DNA from: Abditibacteriaceae bacterium
GTDB taxonomy: Bacteria > Armatimonadota > Abditibacteriia > Abditibacteriales > Abditibacteriaceae
Assembly (NCBI GenBank): GCA_031425655.1
Contig: JANPJS010000243.1
Span: 1 to 18,129, forward strand
Direction: 5' to 3'
DNA length: 18,129 nt
Of the stretch, positions 1-7,970 are shown piece after piece. Both the position numbers and the translations under genes were made by a program. The notes beneath the pieces were generated by a model. That model was given only the letters and a program-made list of their open reading frames with translations. It was not told where the DNA came from and did no database searches. Position 1 is the first letter of the stretch. Each line of letters starts with the position of its first letter.

Positions 1-1098
1 GAGGATGACGGGCAGGTTTTTGTTATCGTGATTGTTGCCGTTGCCGAGGTTGCTGCCGTAGAGGATTTGCGTGCGGTCGAGCAGGTTCGCATCGCCTTCT
101 TGCGAGGCTTGCAGGCGTTTGAGGAAGGCGGCGAGCTTTTGAAACTGCGCGAGTTCGAGGTTCATCAGCTCCTTGAGTTTGTCTTCGCGCCCGACGTGGT
201 GGGAGAGGTTGTGCGCGTCCGTGGCGACGCCGGGGATGTGCTCGCTGAAGCCATCGAGCTTCACGAGCAGCGTGATGAGGCGGGTGCTGTCCGTGGTGAA
301 GGCGAGGTGCGCGAGGTCATACATCGCGGCGAGTTTCTCGGGTAAATATTCCGGGTCTTTCGGCACGGCGGCATCCACTTTGGGCTTCGGTTTGCGCTCC
401 CACTCCTCGGCGATGAGCAGGCGGCGTTCGACTTCGCGGACGCTGGTGAAGTATTGGTCCAGCCGCTCGCGGTCGCCGCTGCCGAGCTGTTTTTGCAAGC
501 TCGCCGCGCGCGTGGCGACGGCGTCGAGGATGCTGCGTCCGGTGCGGAGGTTTTCGACTTGTTTTTCCACCGATGCGGCATCGCCGGCGATGAAAAGTGC
601 CTTAAAAACTTCTGCGGTGCTGCGCTCGGCGGGCAGCATGACGCCGCTTCCGGTGAACGAAAGCGATTGATTTCCACCTTTGGAAACGACGAGCGGTAGC
701 GCAGCCACGCGGGTTTGATGCCCGATTTGCTCGGCGGCAAATTGGTCGAGTGAAATGCTGTTGCGAAACGAGGCCGTGCCCGGATGGGGCGCTCCGGTGA
801 GGAATGTCGCCTCCGCACTATGTCCGCCGCCAACATCGGGAAGCGAGGTGCCGCTGAAGATGGTGAATTGCTCGCGGAAATCTTTCAGCGTTTCGAGATA
901 TGGCGTGAGCGCATAGCCGCGTCCTGCGGTCGTGGGGTAGAAGTGCCGCTCCAGCACACCCAAGTTGGTGCAAATAGAAATCATGCGGCGCGGGGCTTCG
1001 ACTCCTTTGCCAAAAGCCGGGCGCATGGCGTCGAGAAATGGCAGAGCCATCGTGGCTCCGGCAGCGCGGAGAAAAGTGCGGCGCGAAAGCTGGTTCAT
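1..1098 (-). CDS. DUF1552-family protein (3' end runs off the window)
   Basis: Not in the ORF track because it has no stop in the window. Manual translation from ATG 1098 (RBS AAGGAAA) gives MNQLSRRTFLRAAGATMALPFLDAM...NSISLDQFAAEQIG...DRERLDQYFTSVREVERRL...DSTRLITL...LLDRTQILYGSNLGNGNNHDNKNLPVIL. It has a twin-Arg leader and typical DUF1552 motifs, and lies downstream of a DUF1592 gene as usual. Confidence 0.9.
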   Translation of the reverse strand, partial: MNQLSRRTFLRAAGATMALPFLDAMRPAFGKGVEAPRRMISICTNLGVLERHFYPTTAGRGYALTPYLETLKDFREQFTIFSGTSLPDVGGGHSAEATFLTGAPHPGTASFRNSISLDQFAAEQIGHQTRVAALPLVVSKGGNQSLSFTGSGVMLPAERSTAEVFKALFIAGDAASVEKQVENLRTGRSILDAVATRAASLQKQLGSGDRERLDQYFTSVREVERRLLIAEEWERKPKPKVDAAVPKDPEYLPEKLAAMYDLAHLAFTTDSTRLITLLVKLDGFSEHIPGVATDAHNLSHHVGREDKLKELMNLELAQFQKLAAFLKRLQASQEGDANLLDRTQILYGSNLGNGNNHDNKNLPVIL

Positions 1099-1131
1099 AG
1101 TGTTTCCTTTTTACAAAATCATGGGCGGCTG

Positions 1132-3825
1132 TCATTTACTGCGAAAAAGTTCGCTGGCGACGACTTCCTGCACCAGTGAGCGGATGCCATGTTTGCCCGG
1201 TTTAGTCTTGGCGACGATGGCGTCAATCGCGGCGCGGTCGGAAAAGCGAATGCCGGCTCCGGTAGCGTAGATGATGAGTTGGCGGGCGACGTTGTGGGCG
1301 AGGGCGTCTTCGTTTTTCAAGAGCAGTTCACGATAGCCGTTCAGGTCGGCGAATTTGTGCCCGCTGCTGAGTTCACCGCTGGCGTCCACTTCGGAGCCGA
1401 GGCGGAGCCGGGCGCGGTTTTGGTAGGCGTGCAGCCCGAAAACTTCCACGCTTGGCTCGTCCTTTTTCGGCTCACCGGCGAGGCGATAGCGGTCGCGGTG
1501 GCCGCCGATGACATCGAAGCTTTCGAGCGCCATGCCGGGCGGATCCATTTTGGCGTGGCACGAGGCGCAAGCCGGGTCGGCGCGATGCTTTTCGATCATC
1601 TGGCGAATGGTGACCGCGCCCGTAGCATCCGGCTCGACGGCAGGAATGTTGGGCGGCGGCGGCTGGCGCGGGATGCCCAGAATGCGCTCCATGACCCACA
1701 CGCCGCGCATCACCGGCGAAGTGGCGGTGCCGTTGGCGGTGACTTTCAAAACCGACGCCTGCGTAAGAAAGCCGCCGCGCGGCGAGCCTTCCGGCACCTT
1801 CACTTCGCGTAACTCCGCGCCGTTCACGCCTCGGATGCCATACAATTCAGCGAGGCGTTGATTGATGACAATCGTGTCGGAGGCAATCAGTTCGCGCACG
1901 CCGCGATTTTGCGTGAGCAAACGGCGGAAAGTAGCGCGCGATTCATCGAGCATGGAGTCGTGCAGCCACGGGTCGAATTCAGGATAAAGCTTCGGGTCGG
2001 GCGTGGTGAAATCAATCTTCTTCAGTTCCAGCCACTCATCCGTGAAATGCTCCACGAAACGCTCGGAGCGCGCATCGGTCAGCATCCGCTCCACCTGCGC
2101 CTTGAGAACGGCGGGCTGCGAGAGCGTTTTCTTGGCCGCAAGGTCAAGCAGCGTGGCATCGGGCAGCGAATTCCACAGGAAATAAGAAAGCCGCGAAGCC
2201 AGCGCGTAGTCTCCAATATTTTTGCTCAGAATAGCGGGAGATTTTGATTTTTGATTTTTTAAAACATCATTTTGTCTTCCATCATTCTGTTCCAACCCGA
2301 TGAACAAAAAGTCCGGCGAGCAAAGAATGGCTTTGTAGCCCGTGAGCATCGCTTCCTCGAACTTTGTGCCGCGCTCGATTTCCGCCGCCACGATGGTGGC
2401 GTAGGGCGTGACTTCATCTGCCGCCACGGGCCGGCGGAAGGCCCGCGTGGCGAAACTTTGCAGCAATTTGCGCTGTTCCTGCGCCGAGGCTTTGCCGGTC
2501 GGCATCGTTTCGCCGAACAGCGACCGCTGACTCGCGGGCGGCCATTGGTCATTGATCGGCCCCGTCACCTCGAACCAATCGTAGGCCACGCCAGGCCCCG
2601 CATAAGTGGCGACGCCGTTGTGCGAGGGCCAGTTGTGCGCCCCGGATGCGGGCAGCGTCATCGCGTGAAATGAGATGCGCTCGCCGGGATTCAGCCAGAT
2701 CGGGAATTCGTGGACTTTCGGCTTCAGCGAAGGCGCATCGAAGAAGCCGATGACTTTGCCCATGAGCGACACACGGACAATTTCAGTCGTCTCGGTCTTC
2801 CCGTAAAACTCCACGTTCTGTAGATAGCCCGCGTCGGGTTTTTCCTGCGGCAACTTGGTCAATTGCCAATTGCCCTTTTCATCCTGAAAAGGAGGCATGG
2901 CATACGTCTCGAAATTCTGCACCAGACCACGCACTGCCGGGACGGCTTTGTTTCGCTCCCAGCGCAAGCCCCAGGTGGAAAACTTCACCCGATACCAGCC
3001 GCTGACCGGAGGATTGAAGCGGTCAATTTGCAAGCCCTCCGGCTGGTGCGCCCCGATAACTCCGGTAAGCACCGCGACGGAGTCCGCATCCCCATCGAAA
3101 TGCGCCGCCCGGTAGCAGTTCCCAAAATCATCACGAGGATTGCCCACAACACTCGTCGAGAGGCCGGGCGCGAGTTCGAGGCCTTTGAGCGGAGCCGCGT
3201 TGTGAGTGGCGATTGCACTGCGCGCCGTGCCCTGACGCGCCGCCGGTTCGCGCCACGTTTTGGTTTCGGGAGCCTTTGCTTCGTTCACGATGGCCGCGCG
3301 CAGGGCCACGTCCGCCGCCTGCAAATACTTCGTCATCTGCACGTGCGAAATGTCGAGCGCGCCCGCGACTTTGTCGAAGCCGAATTGCTGGCCGTCTTCG
3401 GGCAGCAATTCCTTGACGCGCAGCAGCGGTAGCGCCAGCAAATCGCGCAGCGTTTGCTCATATTCCACGCGGTTCATGCGGCGAATCGTGGTGCGGCCCG
3501 ATGCATTCGCTTCGGAGGCGGCCAATGCAGTTTTCAGTTCGCCCAGAAATGCCTGCCGCGCGGCGGGCGTGGGCTGCGCCGCTTTCTTCGGCGGCATTTC
3601 GCCGGCGCGCACGCGGTCGAACACGCGAATCAGCACGCCGCGCTGATCCGGCCCGATGCCGCGCAGCGAAAGCTGATCTAAGCGCAGCCCGCCCTTTTGC
3701 ACGTCGGCATCGTGGCAACTGACGCAATTCTTATTAAGGAACGCATTCGCAGGAGCCTCGGCGGCGTGCAGCACCGCAGGCGCCGACAGCAGCGCGACGA
3801 AGGCAAAAACGTTTTTCATGGTCAT
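1132..3825 (-). CDS. DUF1592/DUF1588/DUF1587/DUF1595/DUF1585 multidomain protein with planctomycete-type cytochrome c domain
   Basis: 897-aa ORF with signal peptide, CVSCH and CASCH heme motifs, and the motifs RRMNRVEYEQTLRDLL, FATRAFRRPV, LASRLSYFLWNSLPD, RGGFLTQASVL and TSPVMRGVWVMERILG. The start may be ATG 3819. Confidence 0.92.
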   Translation of the reverse strand: MTMKNVFAFVALLSAPAVLHAAEAPANAFLNKNCVSCHDADVQKGGLRLDQLSLRGIGPDQRGVLIRVFDRVRAGEMPPKKAAQPTPAARQAFLGELKTALAASEANASGRTTIRRMNRVEYEQTLRDLLALPLLRVKELLPEDGQQFGFDKVAGALDISHVQMTKYLQAADVALRAAIVNEAKAPETKTWREPAARQGTARSAIATHNAAPLKGLELAPGLSTSVVGNPRDDFGNCYRAAHFDGDADSVAVLTGVIGAHQPEGLQIDRFNPPVSGWYRVKFSTWGLRWERNKAVPAVRGLVQNFETYAMPPFQDEKGNWQLTKLPQEKPDAGYLQNVEFYGKTETTEIVRVSLMGKVIGFFDAPSLKPKVHEFPIWLNPGERISFHAMTLPASGAHNWPSHNGVATYAGPGVAYDWFEVTGPINDQWPPASQRSLFGETMPTGKASAQEQRKLLQSFATRAFRRPVAADEVTPYATIVAAEIERGTKFEEAMLTGYKAILCSPDFLFIGLEQNDGRQNDVLKNQKSKSPAILSKNIGDYALASRLSYFLWNSLPDATLLDLAAKKTLSQPAVLKAQVERMLTDARSERFVEHFTDEWLELKKIDFTTPDPKLYPEFDPWLHDSMLDESRATFRRLLTQNRGVRELIASDTIVINQRLAELYGIRGVNGAELREVKVPEGSPRGGFLTQASVLKVTANGTATSPVMRGVWVMERILGIPRQPPPPNIPAVEPDATGAVTIRQMIEKHRADPACASCHAKMDPPGMALESFDVIGGHRDRYRLAGEPKKDEPSVEVFGLHAYQNRARLRLGSEVDASGELSSGHKFADLNGYRELLLKNEDALAHNVARQLIIYATGAGIRFSDRAAIDAIVAKTKPGKHGIRSLVQEVVASELFRSK

Positions 3826-4042
3826 TGTTTTATTACAAAGCGCGTTGTTTAGACAGCCAACGGTCTCAGTATGTCAAAACGGGTTTCAAGTAGGATTTGA
3901 CATACGACACAGCCCCACCACACTGTCCCAGCGCGGCTCATCAACATTAGACCTCTTGCATCAGTAGTCGGTGAAATGGTTGTCGAAAAGCGCGTAGGCG
4001 CCGAATAACCATCCACACGAGGCTTTGCCCATCTCGTTCATC

Positions 4043-4315
4043 ATGCTGCGTCTTCTTATACTCATCGCCATTGCCATCGCCGCCCGCGCATGGCTGCTCT
4101 TTAGCACGCCTTATGTTCCGGTCATCAACGGCGCTTATTATTTGCTTCAGGCGCGCTCGCTGCTGGAAAAGGGCGCGTTCGGCGTGCCGGATTTGCCGCT
4201 GACTTTCATGATGCACGCGGCGCTGGCGAAGCTGCTCGGCGCGATGATGGAACAAAACGCGGCGATTGTGCTGGCCGTGAAACTCGCTGAGGCGACGCTG
4301 CCCGCGTTGGCGGCG
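4043..4315 (+). pseudogene. 5' fragment of a membrane protein (possibly GT-C/PMT-like), truncated by a sulfatase remnant
   Basis: MLRLLILIAIAIAARAWLLFSTPYVPVINGAYYLLQARSLLEKG..DLPLTF.. reads as a TM helix plus loop. At ~4311 the sequence switches to an antisense copy of 10552-10755. Confidence 0.5.
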
Positions 4316-4439
4316 CGGCGCTGTAATAGCCGAGGTCGCCTGCGCCCATGTCATCGGTGAGCACGAAAACGATGTTGGGCGCGGCGTGTGCGGCGAGCAT
4401 CGAAAGCAGCAAAGCGGTGAAAAATGCGAAGGTTTTCAT
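4311..4439 (-). pseudogene. 5' remnant of a sulfatase (paralog of 9421-10755) with an in-frame 72-nt deletion
   Basis: [43 protein letters not shown] versus [38 protein letters not shown](24 aa)YYSAAP in the intact gene. Confidence 0.88.
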
Positions 4440-5533
4440 GGTTTGGAGCCGGTAATTTCAGCGCAGAGCTTAAAAAAGGCGCGTTTGCGCGCCGAACTAA
4501 GACCCCAGTTTACCGGCACGCTTTGATAGCCTTCGTCCAACGATTCGCCTTTGCGGCGAAAGTCGAACCAACCCCACGAAGCGTGTTCAGCGAGAGCAGA
4601 CACGAAATTGTTGGCAGGTTGATCGAAGTTTTCGTGATCGTCTTCGTTAAAAACAATCGGCTTTGGCGTGTAGCCGGGAACAGCGCGCGTTTGATGCACC
4701 ATTTCGGCGATGCGCTGCGACTTTGTCACGCCGTTGCCGTGCAAGAGTAGAAAATCCGAGGCGCGCACCACATTTTCGCCGGGAATCGCGCCCCCGCCGT
4801 AACTGGTGCTCACCAAAAGGCGCCGCCCGTCGCGCTGCGTTTTTTGCACGCGCTCGATAAGTTCGTGCACGCGCGCCGGTTTGAGAATCGCGTGGTCGTA
4901 AGCGGTAACATTGCACTCGTTGTCCACTTCGATGAGCACATTGCGCCAACCGCCGTCCAGCACAAAGCGTGTGGCTTCGTCGGTGGCGCGCAGCACGGCG
5001 GCTTCGTCGCGCAGGCGTTGGTCTTGGCCGAAATAGAAGTAGCCCAAAATGACGGCCATGCCGTTTTCGTCTGCCGCATCCAACACGCGCGCCATGCGCG
5101 CGGCAAATTCAGGCCGCAGCGCGCCTTCGGTGGTGAATGCGCTGTTCTCCCACGGCTGCGCCTTCGAGTAGCCTTCGGGCGAGCCGCCCTGAAAGTTCAC
5201 CGTGACAGCCAGCAGTCCGTGCCGCTTCCATTGCGGCAGCGCGGCGATGAATTCGCGCACATTGCGTTCGGCGTCCCATTTTCCGGTGTCGGCGTAGGCC
5301 CAACGCGAGGCCGTCTGGGGGTTCAAATCGTCGAAAGTCGCCTGCACCATGCGCGAGTTGAGCAGCAAGCCTTCGACGCGGTGCCCGTTCCACACGCGGC
5401 CCTGATAAGTCGGCGCGCCGTTGATGTAAAAATCCGCGCCCACGATGGAAACCGTAGTTTTGCGCGGTTTTTCGGCGCCTAACGAAGATGAAGTAGGCAG
5501 AAGTAATGCGGCGCAGAGGGCGAGTTTTTTCAT
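4436..5533 (-). CDS. Secreted TIM-barrel glycoside hydrolase-like protein (clan GH-A / GH5-like)
   Basis: 365 aa from ATG 5533 (MKKLALCAALLL signal peptide). Candidate acid/base motif DNECN and nucleophile motif IVFNEDD. The stop overlaps the next start (ATGA). Confidence 0.7.
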   Translation of the reverse strand: MKKLALCAALLLPTSSSLGAEKPRKTTVSIVGADFYINGAPTYQGRVWNGHRVEGLLLNSRMVQATFDDLNPQTASRWAYADTGKWDAERNVREFIAALPQWKRHGLLAVTVNFQGGSPEGYSKAQPWENSAFTTEGALRPEFAARMARVLDAADENGMAVILGYFYFGQDQRLRDEAAVLRATDEATRFVLDGGWRNVLIEVDNECNVTAYDHAILKPARVHELIERVQKTQRDGRRLLVSTSYGGGAIPGENVVRASDFLLLHGNGVTKSQRIAEMVHQTRAVPGYTPKPIVFNEDDHENFDQPANNFVSALAEHASWGWFDFRRKGESLDEGYQSVPVNWGLSSARKRAFFKLCAEITGSKP

Positions 5534-5535
5534 GG

Positions 5536-5868
5536 TTATTCTTTTCGTTTGGCGCCCAGTGGTGCGAAAACGGGTGGAATCATGCCTGTGTTCCACTGGG
5601 CGAATTGGTCGTCGAGGCGCTGCAAAATGTCGGGGTTTTGTGCGGACAAATCGGTTTGTTCGCCGATGTCCTGTTTCAGGTTAAACAGCTCTTTTTTGTC
5701 TTTGGTTTTCACCAGTTTCCAGTCGCCGACGCGCACGGCGTATTGCGCGCCGTTTTCCACGCGCCAGAAGAGCTTCGTGTGCGGCCCGCCTTTGTTTTTG
5801 CGCTGCAAATAAGGCAGCAAATCCACGCTGTCCATGACGCGATCTTGCGGCATTTTGGTGTTTGCCAA
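5536..5868 (-). pseudogene. 3' remnant (333 nt) of sulfatase, near-identical duplicate of 10760-11092
   Basis: Direct alignment shows about 13 mismatches in 333 nt by eye. It lacks the N-terminal three quarters, including the CxPxR motif. Confidence 0.92.
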
Positions 5869-6095
5869 TTTACGGAAGTGAAGAAAAGGGCTGGTTCCTG
5901 TCGTTTCACGTCCTCACACGCTACGTTAAGGTGACTTTTTTCAACGGCACGTCACTGCAACCCATTCCGCCCGGCGGCACGCCCAAAAGCAAAGACGCGC
6001 GCTGGCTCGACATCTACGAAGACGACGAACTCGACGAGGCGCAAATCGCCGCGTGGGTGAAACAAGCGGCTGAACTGCCCGGCTGGACGCCGTAG
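5865..6095 (+). pseudogene. 3' fragment of a DUF1801 (YdhG-like) protein
   Basis: PIYGSEEKGWFLSFHVLTRYVKVTFFNGTSLQPIPPGG..KDARWLDIYEDDELDEAQIAAWVKQAAELPGW resembles the C-terminal half of DUF1801 proteins. It has no real start and abuts the sulfatase remnant. Confidence 0.72.
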
Positions 6096-6149
6096 ACGGG
6101 CGTTCGTCGCGTAGCGGTTTTTTCACGATTCGGAGAGAATGTTTTGCGG

Positions 6150-6187
6150 ATTAAGCCGCAATTCTGCGACTTAATAACTTGTTAGGC
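6150..6187 (+). other. attI-like integron recombination site 1 (core GTTAGGC at 6181-6187)
   Basis: GTTRRRY core immediately before a cassette. GTTAGGCGTTG is perfectly complementary to CAACGCCTAAC at the cassette's attC. The site is 30/38 identical to 14180-14217 and has no attC structure upstream. Confidence 0.72.
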
Positions 6188-7090
6188 GTTGTTCACCTCT
6201 CGACATGAAAAAACACCTGCCGCTCGTGCCCCGGTGTTTGGGTTTAAGGCGTCCGCCTCCCAAGACCCGCCGGCAACGCATCCTGCGCCGTGCCGAACGC
6301 ACGCTTTCGGTCGTGCTGTTGCTTTATCTAAACCTTCTGCTGTTCCCGCAGGTGTTGTTTGCGCATAGCGTCTCCACCCAGGGTATCACGATTTACTCCC
6401 GCTCACCGCTGCCGGGTGAGGCCGCCGCGTGTGCCGAGCGGGCGGCGGCATTGCTGCGCCGTTCCGAATTGGCGGTGCCGTCGCGTCGCGAGCGGGTTTT
6501 TGTGTGCAATTCGCCGGGGCTGTTTCGTCTCTTCCGCCCGATGGGGGATCCTTTTGCCGTTTCCTTCCCGCTTACGGACCATGTTTTTGTGGCGGCGGCA
6601 GACTTACCCAGCGATGTCGCGCGACGTTATGGGGCGGATTTCAACACTCGTTCTCTGTCCGGTGTTATTGCACACGAGATTACGCACGGCTTGATCCGGC
6701 GACGATTGGGTTTATGGCGCGGGCTGCGGTTATCGGACTGGGTTAGTGAGGGGTATTGCGACCATGCAGCGCAGGAGAGCAGTTTCCCCGAAGCGGAGGG
6801 GTTGCGCCTCATGGCCTCCGGCCAGAGCCATCCATCACCGTCGTATCGCTATTTCACGTATCGCCAGATGGTGCGTTACCTTCTGGAAGGACGAGGGCTG
6901 TCCTTTTCGGACGTTGTGGCACGGGCTGCAGACTCCTCCGCCGTGAAGGCAGAGACACGGGCTTGGTTACAGACTCAGAACGCTCAATGACAATGACCGC
7001 AACGCCTAACCATGCGCTGCAGCGAACCCGGCCAGCGCGTCGCGGTTGCAATCGAATGCCCTCGTGGGCTGGGTCGCTGAGCTTGGATCG
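6182..7090 (+). mobile_element. Integron gene cassette 1 (single cassette)
   Basis: Bounded by the G/TT crossover points at 6181/6182 and 7090/7091. It holds one ORF followed by an attC. Confidence 0.85.
6205..6990 (+). CDS. Cassette-encoded putative zinc metallopeptidase (HExxH, gluzincin/peptidase MA-like)
   Basis: 261 aa with an N-terminal hydrophobic segment, AHEITHG, and a downstream WVSEGYCD glutamate motif. Confidence 0.65.
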   Translation: MKKHLPLVPRCLGLRRPPPKTRRQRILRRAERTLSVVLLLYLNLLLFPQVLFAHSVSTQGITIYSRSPLPGEAAACAERAAALLRRSELAVPSRRERVFVCNSPGLFRLFRPMGDPFAVSFPLTDHVFVAAADLPSDVARRYGADFNTRSLSGVIAHEITHGLIRRRLGLWRGLRLSDWVSEGYCDHAAQESSFPEAEGLRLMASGQSHPSPSYRYFTYRQMVRYLLEGRGLSFSDVVARAADSSAVKAETRAWLQTQNAQ

Positions 7091-7096
7091 TTAAAC
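7004..7096 (+). repeat. attC site (93 bp, different family from array 2)
   Basis: R'' GCCTAAC at 7004, L boxes CTGCAGCGAACC / GGTCGCTGAG with extrahelical bases, R' GTTAAAC at 7090. Confidence 0.9.
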
Positions 7097-7136
7097 CCAA
7101 AACATCCGCCTTCTTCGTGAGGGCGGATGCTTTTGG
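7097..7136. terminator. Terminator-like hairpin, diverged copy of 7886-7922
   Basis: CCAAAA-CATCCGCC...GGCGGATG-C-TTTTGG inverted repeat. Confidence 0.55.
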
Positions 7137-7174
7137 TTCTGGAGCGGCAAGTCTGACGGGGGAATGCTGTTTCA

Positions 7175-7198
7175 CGGGGACAAGAGTGTCCCCGCCAC
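7175..7198 (-). repeat. REP-like palindrome with GTGG foot
   Basis: The minus strand reads GTGG-CGGGGACA-CTCT-TGTCCCCG: a tetranucleotide foot plus a perfect 8-bp stem. Confidence 0.45.
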
Positions 7199-7203
7199 GG
7201 TGG

Positions 7204-7273
7204 TTATTTGGCGCGTGCGTCGCGCAGCGGCCAATTGGGGTCGGACGTGTGCGCTTCTTAGAAGATTTCGGTG
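7204..7273 (-). pseudogene. 3' remnant of sulfatase, duplicate of 7971-8040 with a nonsense change
   Basis: 7216-7273 matches 7983-8040 at 56/58. AAA has become TAA at 7258-7260. It ends [11 protein letters not shown] versus [11 protein letters not shown]. Confidence 0.88.
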
Positions 7274-7380
7274 ACGACATTTTGGACGACGTCACCGTGG
7301 AAAACAGCGTCGCCGCGCGGGGTAGCTTCGGCGGCACCGCACCGCAACAAGTCGTGGAGCAGTTGCAGTGCGCGTCAGAC
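7264..7380 (+). pseudogene. argH: 3' terminal fragment of argininosuccinate lyase
   Basis: DFGDDILDDVTVENSVAARGSFGGTAPQQVVEQL matches the characteristic ArgH C-terminal SVxxRxSxGGTAPxxV motif. Confidence 0.72.
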
Positions 7381-7491
7381 GATGGACTAATATTAACGGG
7401 GGCACCCTTGTTCACGGAAAACAAATTTTGGGTTAAAATTGGCCCATCGCCAGTGTGGGAACAGAACTTTAATCTTCGCGGTCGAACCGGT

Positions 7492-7851
7492 ATGAAACGA
7501 ATTCTTCCCTTCTTGATTTTCGCGTTGACTGCGTTCGTTCTGGTTCTCACGCCCGTTGTGGCCAAGCGTGCCGCACCCAAGCCTGTCGCCCCGGTGGTTG
7601 CTAACGCTGTGGAATACTCAGCGCCGCACGAGCAAATGGGTTTCGTGGTCGCAACCGACACCACCAAGCGCAAGGAGCTTTGGCGCGAACAGATTTACAC
7701 TGTCCGCATAGACCCCGATTTGGAGCGCGACGTTCAGGACGTCTTCATCACCTCTCTTGCAATCGAGCGTGGATCACTCGTCGTGACCAACGAAAGACAG
7801 GAGATATTCGACCTTGACCTCGCCACTCGAAAAATCACCAAACGAAAATAA
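7492..7851 (+). CDS. Small secreted hypothetical protein (beta-rich)
   Basis: 119 aa from ATG 7492 with signal peptide MKRILPFLIFALTAFVLVLTPVVA. The upstream extension in the ORF track is a chimera of remnants. Confidence 0.75.
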   Translation: MKRILPFLIFALTAFVLVLTPVVAKRAAPKPVAPVVANAVEYSAPHEQMGFVVATDTTKRKELWREQIYTVRIDPDLERDVQDVFITSLAIERGSLVVTNERQEIFDLDLATRKITKRK

Positions 7852-7885
7852 GTGCGCCGCGCTGCACTGTGCGGCGGCGAATGTA

Positions 7886-7922
7886 AAAAGCCTCCCCCTT
7901 CATCATGAAGGCGGAGGCTTTT
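7886..7922. terminator. Bidirectional rho-independent terminator between convergent genes
   Basis: AAAAGCCTCC-C-CCTTCAT-C-ATGAAGG-C-GGAGGCTTTT stem with A/T tails. Confidence 0.7.
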
Positions 7923-7970
7923 CTGTTGAGCAAACAACATCAACCTGTGGGGCGAGGAATTCCCCTCCCC

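Noticed and set aside
28..1270. ORF-track calls in the first 1.2 kb
   Set aside because: They all overlap the real DUF1552 frame (1098 to <1), which the track missed.
5536..5868. Duplication as a pure assembly artefact
   Set aside because: The copies differ at about 13 mostly synonymous positions and have distinct coherent flanks. Long reads would be needed to exclude it fully.
7117..7491. N-terminal extension of the 244-aa ORF
   Set aside because: It is a chance read-through across a hairpin, an antisense sulfatase remnant and the argH fragment. The signal peptide starts at 7492.
7492..7885. The small secreted-protein gene as another integron cassette
   Set aside because: No attC follows it and no matching core site precedes it.
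7886..7922. IS200/IS605 end hairpin
   Set aside because: The resemblance is superficial, there is no tnpA/tnpB nearby, and the position between convergent genes fits a terminator.
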